DNA of 64,000 nt, from contig CM119268.1 of NCBI GenBank assembly GCA_051294375.1, forward strand, positions 12,841,770 to 12,905,769. Direction: 5' to 3'. This DNA comes from Paraspadella gotoi (taxonomy: Eukaryota > Animalia > Chaetognatha). The notes beneath the pieces are model-generated. The model did not search any database. It was not told where the DNA came from and saw nothing but the letters and a program-made list of their open reading frames with translations. Numbering within the stretch: the first letter of the stretch is position 1; the number at the start of each line of letters is the position of its first letter. Shown piece by piece: positions 16,469 through 26,611 of the stretch. The position numbers were made by a program, and so were the translations under genes.

Positions 16469-19400
16469 ATGACAGGGGTGTTAAAAAAAGGGTCAAAAAA
16501 AACCTTTGCCCTTACCCCCAGAAAGAATATTGATAGTTTGACTAAGGAGTGCTCCTATCAAGAGCAAAAACCGTATGTAATCAACATGAACGATGAAATG
16601 CCAAAAAAATATAAAGAATGGAATTTGGAAACGCCTGTTCACAGATTCATTCAGTTGCTACAGGTTAGTACAGGATAAAAATCACTGTTTTATAGCGACT
16701 GACAAGAATGTATTTTAATTTTAATTTAAATTCTAGGAAGTCCTTGAGAAAATTCATAAATTGTCTTCGATTCGTCAAGATTCCGATTTAATGGACATCG
16801 AGAAACAGCTCGCCGACATCCTTCTCGAAATGTCCGCAATCTCTAATGAATCAGCGGATGAGTTGGGTTTCCAATCATCTGTCGATGGCGATCCCAACTT
16901 TTTAGATTTTCAAGTGAAAGAAGAACAAAAAAGCGCCGATTGGGCATCGACGTCAAACACTGAATTCGTCGTGGTTGACCAGTCTTCGATCGGCGATGAG
17001 ATTGTCAATGCACCAATAGAGAAAGACGCTCAAACGCCCGTTAGCCTTATAGACGGTCTCGTTCCGCCCTTGGAAGCTGATACTTCGAAAGGTCAAACGC
17101 CGACCGCAACTTCGTCTTCCTATTCCTGTGACAAATGTGATAGAACCTTCTCGAAGCCTCAATACCTTTCAACTCATTCTCGTAAGATTCACGGTTCCGT
17201 GGTGAAACTCGCTTGTGAAACTTGTGGTAATTCTTTTGCGCGAGTCAAGGATTTAAAAAAACACAAGTCGACCGCTAAATGTCAACCACGCCCAATATTT
17301 TCCTGTCGTCAATGCGGAGAAGCTTTCGCCATTGAGAAATCTTTGGAAGCTCATCGAAAGGTGAGTCGATTCGACGAACACATGAATCTCTCTGAATATG
17401 ATTAGATTGTGATGGTATATTTACACTGCCTCACGTCCAGCATCGTTCAGCCAATCCCATTGGCTCAGAGGGGGAATGCACCATCCCAGGCGTTGCGTTC
17501 CATCCACAGTCCTAACGACGTCCTAGGGTAACCGCGCCAGTGACAGGAGGCGTCACTGAGGGTCGGAAGCCCTCAAAGGCAACAGTGAGATGCCCCATCC
17601 CAATGGCAATGGGCATCACAGGCAACCCGGCTGTTGCCAAAAGATACTTATATTTTCCCTAACGCACTACGAACTTTTCTGTAGCTCTGCAAGGAAGAAT
17701 TTGAAGAAGAATCCGAATCGATAACGGATTCCACTCCACATTGCGAAGCTTCATTTGGCGACATGCAATGCAATGACGCCCTTTCTCTCGCGTTGCAACA
17801 AGCAAATGTAATGCCTGGTCCCTCCACTGCACCGAGCGTCGATTCACCGATTACGGACGTCATGGCTTTATCGGCGATTTCGTCCGGCGAGATTTGGCCA
17901 TTGGCGGTTGGACAGCGTCGTCCCTCCTGCTCCGAGTGTGGGAAGAAGTTTAAAGACGAATCGTCTCTTAACAAGCACAAGGCTTACGTTCACAGCGAGA
18001 AAACCCATTTATGTCCAGGTGAGCGGTCGGGATCTCCATGAATTTTCTTGGTCTTTATGTAAAATATGCTTTTATTAAAATCAGAGTGCGGGAAGCTATT
18101 TAACTTAGAATCAAAAATGCAGCAACATCGCAAAGCTTGTCACGAAAATCAAAAGTTTGCATGTGAGGTGAGTTTTTAGACGAACGTTATGCGACATTTG
18201 AATTAATTCTTACAAAACTGATAACTTAATTTTGTCAGATTTGTGAGAAGGAGTTTTCGACCAAAGTTTATCTTATGAAACATACAAAAGAAGTGCACGA
18301 TGGAAAAAGACCTCGTCACTTATGCACAAGTGAGTTCTCGTATTAAAAAATTTGTCTCAATTTCTTGATTTCTTATATTTATTATATGGATTTAATTATT
18401 AGTATGTGGCAAGGAAGTAATTATTCTGAAATCGCACATGGAATCCGTTCATCTTGGTGTGAAATACCCTTGCGACAAATGTGGAAAGGTAAAACTGTAA
18501 AAAAGAGTCCACCAGTTCTGGTTTTGGTAGGATATTAATGGCAATATTTGGCGTTTTGTCACATATTCAATGAATATGTATATTATTCATCTCATGTAAT
18601 CAATTACAACACAAAGGTCCTAGCGCAAAATAATTAGTTTGTGCCTAATATTTGTAATTTTATATGACCTTTTTAAATTAAAAAGTTTATCAAATAAATC
18701 ATAATTTTAGGAATTTGCTACTCCACCTGGCCTTAAAGTTCATATCTTGACTTTTCATGAAGGGAACAAATATCCGTGTACTCGTAAGTTATTTCATGCT
18801 CTTTTTAGTGAATACGAAATTGGTAATTATAGTTGCTGAAAAATGATTTTACAGTTTGTGGAAAAGTGTTTGGACACAAAGGTTATTTAAAAAATCACGT
18901 TGACATGGTTCACAAAGGGAAAAAGTATCCGTGCAAGGTAGGTTTTTAAAAAAAATGTTGGAAGACTTAGTTTTTAACAGAGAATCTACGACATATGTTC
19001 GCCTCAAGGTGTGTGGAAAAGAATTCAACGACTCTCGATCTCGTCGTCAACACACAGAGCTGACACATCAGGGTAAAAAACATACCTGCAAGCTTTGCAA
19101 CAAAGACTTCACCAGACACGACCACCTTATGCGCCACAAACAAAGCGTTCATGAGGGAAAGAGATTCCCCTGCTCAATTTGCGGCAAAGAATTTTCTCAA
19201 TCGGGTGATTTAAAACGACACGTGGACACTGTACATCAAGGTAGATTCCAGATGTTCAGTAAAATACGATTTATTTTTAGTACTTTCACTTGCGCCTGAC
19301 TCGTTTTTTTTCTCCAGGAAATTCCCGCTCTTCTCATTCTGCCGCACAAACATCTGCCCTGAAGATAACTGAACCATCGGAGCAAGAACCACTGCATAAC

Positions 19401-19700
19401 TCCACACTACCGTCTCTACAGCCTATGCAACTGATTCTGACGCAACCAGAACCGCAGCATCCTCCTAAAGATCTTCTTGCTTCAGCCGCCGCAGTAGCTG
19501 CGGTTGGAATGCCCGAAGATTTTATGATGTCTTCGTTAAATTCGTTTTTGCTACAGCAAAATTCGTTCCTGCAACAAAAAACAATATTAGAACAGAATCA
19601 AGATAATGAATTATTAATGCAGCCTAAAATCGAAGTGACCAGCGCTGTAACTATAGATCATTCAACCAGTCTTCAAACCATTTCGATGACCCAAGTATGA
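16469..19700 (+). CDS. Multi-C2H2 zinc-finger protein (multi-exon)
   Basis: Many CxxC...HxxxxH fingers (CDKCDRTFSKPQYLSTHSRKIH; CSECGKKFKDESSLNKHKAYVH; CSICGKEFSQSGDLKRHVDTVH) and a Q-rich C-terminus. The start codon is inferred. Confidence 0.88.
17407..17639 (+). mobile_element. Structured ~250-nt dispersed element, copy 1, carrying a deletion-truncated twister ribozyme; sense orientation in zinc-finger intron 17361-17684
   Basis: Aligns end to end with the reverse complement of 28536-28789, apart from substitutions, a 27-nt deletion (between 17519 and 17520) and a 6-nt insertion. Confidence 0.85.
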
Positions 19701-20021
19701 GATCAAATAGGAAGATAGACCTAGTCAAGTTTTTGTTATGTTTATTGTTAATTTGAATGAAGTTCCAAAAGTTTTGACGTGATCGAGTAGGAGTACGTCA
19801 CGACATGACTACTGCTTACATAGATAGAAATTTAATTTTTATACCACAACAGATTTTTGAAATTGTTCAAATACCTAAATTATTTTATTTTATAATAATT
19901 ATAATACTATTTTTTGATGTTTTAGAAAAATAGGAATGAAGTTTTCCGGTGTCATTTTTTCCGCGGCGTTCGATCGCCCAAAGGATGAATGAATAGTGGA
20001 AATAGTCGAAACCTTTAAAAA

Positions 20022-23000
20022 ATGTTGGGAGAATCAAGGTTGCTATACTTGATCTATCTCCCTTGCGACGATCTTTCTTCCGAGGAGCAAAACTCGAAAA
20101 CCTCAAGGAGCGACGATGTTCCTCCGAATCGTCCCGACGTCGCGTCGGACGAAACCGAAAGGAATAAGTCGACGCCATCCCCATCACCAGATGGCGAGTC
20201 ACGTGAAACGAGAGCCGGATCGATCGCCGCCACCAGGGAAAATTCGGGAGTTTCCCCCGATGTCCTTCCTTCGTCGACACCGAAGCGACGCGAGAGAAGC
20301 GCATCGCCTTTCAAGAGACAATCGCTGCGGCCGTCCGAGTCGCCCCCCGGAGGATCGCCGAGAATCTCGCCGAAGGCTTCGCCAGAAAGGCCCTCGTTAA
20401 AACCGTCGTCGTCTTCGTCGCCTTTGCTGAGGTGGAAAGCGGAAAGTGACTTTCGAATTCTGGGTTAATCGTAATAACCGACGGGTGATTTCGTTACCAG
20501 AACGAGTCGTTCGAGTGATCAGAGAAGTTCGTCGCCCAAAAAAGTGGAGGAAACTCTAGGAGAAATTTTCATCCCTCCGACCGAAGAGGAACTCAAAGCC
20601 GCCATCGAGACCGGTTAGATTTGGAATTGTTTTTAAATTTGTTGCGACAAAGCGTGTCCATTTTGTTATTTTCAGAGGACGGAAAAAATGAAGCGAGCCC
20701 ATTACCCAAACGCGGAAGCGTTTTAGCCGACAACGTTTTCGAAGAAGCTGAAGTTAATACAGTAACCAAAGATCTCCAAAATACGCAGAGTAATTTCTTT
20801 TAAATATTCCTACTTAAAATTTGGGCTATCTGTTCACGGGAAATGGAATGCTGTCATCTCGATTTAATAATCATTATTAATTATTCTAAATTAAACGATT
20901 TATCTCCTTTTCTTAGCTTCTGGTTTGACGTCATTCGTCAATAAAGTAACAGCCGTCGACGAATTGAAGCAAGTTTTAACCAGTCTGGGCGTGAAGCAGT
21001 CTCATTGGACTACCACGCAGGTTTAACAAAGATTTTATTTGCACACCGTGCTTTTCTGCTCAAATTCTCTCTTTTCCCTCGTTTCTTTTCCTCCCTACCC
21101 TTCGCTACAGGATGACTATCATCAAGTGACCTTCATCGACGATGGCGGGCAACGATGCGAGGAGATCCTGGAGCGGATTTTAGACAGCCGCATCGGAAAT
21201 GATCGGAGGCGAGTCGATCGCTTCGTGTTTTCTCCATTGTTCAATGTTCACCCTCTCTTACTGTCATTATCGGACCCTCAGATCTTCCGTGAGCGTCATG
21301 CCGATCTCGATGCATTTCGAGCTCAAGCCCTCCTCACCGGAACCACTCCCGGATATTCCCGAAGCGCCAGAGACGAAATCATCCGGCAAGGGCCTCACTC
21401 ATTTCGTCAAGTCGGTGAAGTCAAGGCTGATCGTGATGCAGGCGAGTGCCTTTTCTTGATAATTTTTACAATGTCTCTTAAAAACATTTCGAAAATTTTC
21501 TAACGTAGGTGATTGAAGGCGTCAGGGCGAATGCGCGTTTGACTTTCGATTACGTCATGTTGGTGATTCTTGCCAGCTGCCTCGCCGCCTGCGGACTGAT
21601 TGAGGACAGCTCCGGTTAGATGTCAAACGCTATCTCTTTGTTTATCACTTGCTGAGAGTTTCAACTTTCGCCTGTCAGTAATATTGGTGGCGAGCATGTT
21701 GGTTTCGCCACTGATGGGTCCCATACTGGCCGGGGTATTTGGTCACGCCATCACCAACTCGAAACTGAGAAATCTCGGGATCAAATCTGAAATTGTCGGA
21801 CTCGGGATCTGCGTCGGAATCGGCTTCATACTCGGCGTTATTTTCAGGTTAATATTTTTTTTTTTTTTATGAAAGAAACTTGATGCTTAAAAAGGTTATC
21901 ACATAATTATTCTCTATTCATCTGTTTCGTTCCATCGGCTCTAGCTTATCGGGCGTTGAAAACGGGCTTGACTCGTGGCCGACGCACGAAATGAAGTCTC
22001 GGGGTCTATTAAGAAGTTTGTGGATGGGCGTCCTTATCGCCATTCCCTCTGGCGCTGCCGTGGCTCTCTCTATACTCGGTAATTTTACCATTATTATTCG
22101 CTCTGTGGTCGGTAACGTTTGAACTAAATAACTCTTTTCGAGGCGGAAATGTGGGATCCTTGGTGGGCGTCGCTATTTCAGCTTCTCTTCTGCCACCAAT
22201 GGTCAATGGAGGTATTCTCTTAGGGGTCGCCATTGCAGAGGTTAATCATTGCAGGTTCGAAATGGTTTCGGGAGATGGGGGACTTGACTTTAAAGTGTAT
22301 CGTAATCTAACTCATTTTATTTGTCAGCGTTGACGGCAATTGTGCTTCTCTCGACGCATCCCCTTCTCGCAACGCTTCTAAGCTGGAAGTGAACGGAACC
22401 GCCTCTGGGTCCCTCGACTGCCGTTATGGCACCAATCACTACGATCCGGTTTACAGATGTTCTCTGCCGGAAGAAGCCGCCCTGCTCGGCATCGTCTCAA
22501 TAGGATTGACCATTCTCAATATTCTTTGTATCTACATAATGGCCATTATCGTTTTCAAAATCAAAGAAGTGGCTCCAAAGACTGCCTTGTCGCCTGGTAA
22601 CCTATTCTTGCGTCGCTTAATTTTAACTAATTCTTTTACTAATCTTTTTCCCGCGCATCTTGCATATTTTCAGCTGCTAAAACATTTTGGCAAAAGGATG
22701 TTAAAACCTACCGAAATTACTATAAAACAGTCCGTCCCAACACGGACGAGTTCGATTCCATAATGGCGGAGTGGCGCCAGGCTAGAGGAATCGTTGGAGA
22801 TGAGGCCGTTGAAGACGAAGATGAGGCCTCGCAATTGGCTGACATTGTGTCGCAGATGAAAGTTCATCCTCACGTCCAGGTTTTCTTTTAGTTTTATTCA
22901 TAAAGAAAATGTTTTTCAGAGGTCTGTAAGCTTTCTCGTCAGTTATCCTTTTTTCCCCTGGAAAATAAAAACTTTCTCGCTCGTTTTTAGGAAATTTTCA

Positions 23001-24095
23001 ACCGCGCTCCGAAAGGACCGCGCGTTCAAACCGTTTTCGAAGATTTTAATCTCAAGACTCTGTTTTCGCCTGCGACCGCGTCGCCGGAAGACGACGAATT
23101 CGTCTATGAAAACGAGGATGATGACAACAACAACTCGCTGAATGAAGGCGACGTTTTTCTTACAATAACTGCCGATAGCGAAGGGATGCCAAGAGTTCGC
23201 AGACACCGTACAGTCAGCAGTGAAGACGCGGTTGCCGGGTAAACCAGAATACTGCCGGGGGGGATGACTGGCCTCCGAAAAGGGGCATTCTGACCATTTT
23301 TCTCCTTTTAGAACTATAACCTCCAACGCTCGAGTGATGTTGGCGCCGGCGACGATCCATGCTTCGCCGATTTACGAAAGACGCGTCGCGCGCATTCGCT
23401 TTGGGGAGGACGGCGTTCCCCAGCAAGTCAGATCTCCCGGGATCAGACATTCACACGGCCTGCTCAGGCATAGATCTCACCCTCGTCATAGATTTCAGGT
23501 TGTTTTGAAAATTTAGGGGAAAATCTGAAAAAGTGACGTCCCTTCCTTACCTCGCTTTTTTTTCGAAAGGTGTCGAGCTCTACGCCCGTAGGAATTTTTC
23601 AACTGAAGACGCCGAACCCGGAGACGATCAAAGCCAATCGCAGAGCGAAGAAGGAAAAGGCCCGCGATCCGCCCTCCGCTTCTTCCACATCGTCGAGGTT
23701 ATACATTATTGTATAAATAGTTCAAAAAATAAATAGTTCAAACGAAAAGACGACGACGAAGACGACAAGTCCAACGACTCGTATGTGTCAGCAAGAATGA
23801 TCCAGAAACATTCTACCTTGAATGACTTTGTTATGGCTGACCTTTTCAGCCAATGTAGTCGTGGTTGTTAAGTGTATTTGTAGTTGTAGTCGACGTTTTC
23901 GTTTGAACTATTTGAGCTTCAAATAGTTAATCAAGTGAAAACCTTAACTTTTTCCCCGTCTTCAGGTTCCGCGTCATGACCGTCACCTCGCAATTTCGCC
24001 GATCTTTAAGCTCGCGTTCTCGTCAAAGAAGCGAGAGCGAACCCAAGGGAGATGATAAAAACCAGCAAGTATCGGAGCCCAAAGAATCGGCTTAA
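20022..24095 (+). CDS. DUF389-domain membrane protein (multi-exon)
   Basis: FVKSVKSRLIVMQVIEGVRANARLTFDYVML...VILVASMLVSPLMGPILA...GVLIAIPSGAAVALSIL...SLVGVAISASLLPP is the DUF389 signature, flanked by low-complexity termini. Confidence 0.88.
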
Positions 24096-24701
24096 TCGTT
24101 GCCTCTATAGTCTTTATAGACCAAATATTTCAAGAATTTATGCAAAACAATTAATACTCACCTCGAGGGAGATACCCTGTTGTACAGATGTTCAATTGAC
24201 ATCGTACCAATAACATGTATCTCCTTGCGATTATGCGCTTCATTAATGAGACTGCTTCACAGCGTGTGCCTTAAAGCCTGCTTTCACTAATTATCTAAAT
24301 ACTGCTCATAATGGTATTATCTCTTTCTGACCCACCTCGTTAGCTCATTGGAAATACATTATAGCATTCGTTATAAAGACCAGTATATTGCAGAACGACA
24401 CGAATAGTAGAACGGTCGAAACGGGTATTCCTCTATTGCTTTAGTTTAAATCCCGAATTGTTTCTCAACCGCATTTGTATTTTTAAAGGCCAATCATTTT
24501 TGTTCTCTATACTAAATTGGTACTTCCAATGTAAACATTGTACAATGTACACTAGTACATGCATTATTTGCATATCACGGTCATTTTTGTTCTCACAGGT
24601 TTCTTTTTATCTGGTTCTTTTCTCAAAATTATTTTTACTTTTCTAGATTTCATTTCTGAGAAATGTCGTCGTCAAACTTACCCAATACTTCCGACGAATA
24701 A

Positions 24702-26569
24702 ATGGCTTTAATTGCCGGGTTAGGCGTCGGTATTTTCTTTTTGATCTTCGTGTGGGTCTTTGCTCTCATTCTCTTCGGCTCATTGATCCGGAGCTCGCAG
24801 TTGGCGAGGTAAGCGCTTCTGATTGTAATTAAACTCGCTTAGATTTTAATTTTTCGTTGGAACTGCTTATCGCAAATTCCGACGCTATAGTATAGATTAT
24901 AGACTATAGGGTATAGACTATAGAGTCTATACACTTTGTCGGTTCTTATTAGTAAATCATTTAAATTATTTTAAAAAATTAAATTGTTATAAATTATATA
25001 AAAAATATATGTTTGTTCATCCGTCCTTCCTCCCCATCGTTTTTAATTCTATTTACCTGTAATTGTATAAATGGATTGAAAGAAAATTTTGTATGAGTAA
25101 AACAGTATGTGATTGAACTGTATATAAAGTTTTTGTTTATTTTTATTTATTAAGAATGTTAGATCTACGAACAATAATAAAGTGGTTGATTAATCAGTTG
25201 GTTAAATGATTGATAAATTATTTTATTTAATAAAAATATATTATGATTTTTGATGAATATAATATAAAATTTTAATAAACTTAAATTTATATTTTTAATG
25301 GCTGTATAATTGATTGAATGAATGATTGATGTTTTTATTGATAAAACTGTTATGTTATTTTTTTCTCACACTTTTTTTTCTTTATAATGTCAGATCTGTT
25401 CACTTAAAAATATGCCGTGATAAAATGATTGATAGCTGCTTACTGCTGCTAAATTATCGTTAGCATATGCGATATTGCTTGCTCAAAGCTTAATCAGAAT
25501 ACGACAATATGCAAATGAGATTGAGGAACTCGATCTCATTTGACTTAATCCACAAATTAATCTGCTACAGGGTCTGTCCAATTTCTCTCTATTTCTCCCT
25601 CTTTTTCTCCCTTTTAATTATATATCGCTATCTTTTTTTTCCATTCGTCTAAAAACAAGTTCGCTCTGCAGCGGCTGTCCAGCTTCTCTCTATCTTTTCT
25701 CTCTTCTCTCTCTCACTCATACACGCATTTGTTTGTTTTCTTTACGATGAATGACTATCATCGCATCAATGAATGACTATCATCGCATCAATGAATGACT
25801 ATCATCGCATCAATGAATGACTATCATCGCATCAATGAATGACTATCATCGCATCAATGAATGACTATCATCGCATCAATGAATGACTATCATCGCATCA
25901 ATGAATGACTATCATCGCATCAATGAATGACTATCATCGCATCAATGAATGACTATCATCGCATCAATGAATGACTATCATCGCATCAATGAATGACTAT
26001 CATCGCATCAATGAATGACTATCATCGCATCAATGAATGACTATCATCGCATCAATTGAATGACTATCATCTCTATCATCTATGACTATCATCTCATCAA
26101 TGAATGACTATCATCGCATCAATCTTTTGGTTATCTTCTCATCAATCTTTTGGTTATCATCGCATCAATCTTTTGGTTATCATCGCATCAATCTTTTGGT
26201 TATCATCGCATCAATATTTGGTTTTCATCGAATTCGTTGTCGCATCAATTATTCGGTTTTTTTTTTTTTTTTTTTTTTTCATTAATTTTCTTTGATAGTA
26301 ACGTCTGGCGAATCACTATACTTTTAAGATTTTTTCTTACCAGCTTCTTCGTCGTTTTTGCGGCCGTCCTTATCACGATAATCCTGTTCACTCTCCCGAC
26401 GACACCTCCCTCGACACCATCTGCTTCAGTCGTCGAGATCGTCTATGATTACTCCATCCCTCTTCGAATTTCGCTCGTCGTCTTCGTCGCCGTTTTCGCC
26501 CTCATCGGCTTCGTTCTTTTTTTCGTCGACTACGCCTTCTCGCCTCGTGTCGCCGTCGTGCTGAAATGA
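24702..26569 (+). CDS. TMEM218: Transmembrane protein 218 (ciliary transition zone), two exons 24702-24808 and 26344-26569
   Basis: The spliced product MALIAGLGVGIFFLIFVWVFALILFGSLIRSSQLASFFVVFAAVLITIILFTLP...EIVYDYSIPLRISLVVFVAVFALIGFVLFFVDYAFSP follows the three-TM TMEM218 pattern (GxGxGxFIL..., LLxFP, IVD...R, Y..xP). Confidence 0.82.
24856..25492 (+). mobile_element. Helentron/DINE-like family A copy in the TMEM218 intron
   Basis: Degenerate 5' ctgcttatcgcaaattccgac...cactttgtcgg and 3' aaattatcgttagcatatgcgatattgcttgctcaa, homologous to 8661-9308. Confidence 0.6.
25510..26335 (+). mobile_element. Helentron/DINE-like family B copy containing an amplified minisatellite
   Basis: The 3' end tagtaacgtctggcgaatcactatacttttaagattttt is shared with 32066-32105 and 43293-43330. 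The segment before the array is homologous to 2260-2400. The 5' boundary is approximate. Confidence 0.65.
25748..26055. repeat. Perfect 22-bp minisatellite (atgaatgactatcatcgcatca) x ~14
   Basis: Identical head-to-tail units with no spacers, followed by the variant unit atcttttggttatcatcgcatca. Confidence 0.95.
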
Positions 26570-26611
26570 CGCTTTTTTGAGACGATTTAAACTCGAAACC
26601 GCAAATTGATT

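Noticed and set aside
25748-26055. Regular repeat array resembling CRISPR
   Set aside because: The units are contiguous with no unique spacers, there are no cas genes and the context is a eukaryotic intron. It is a minisatellite.
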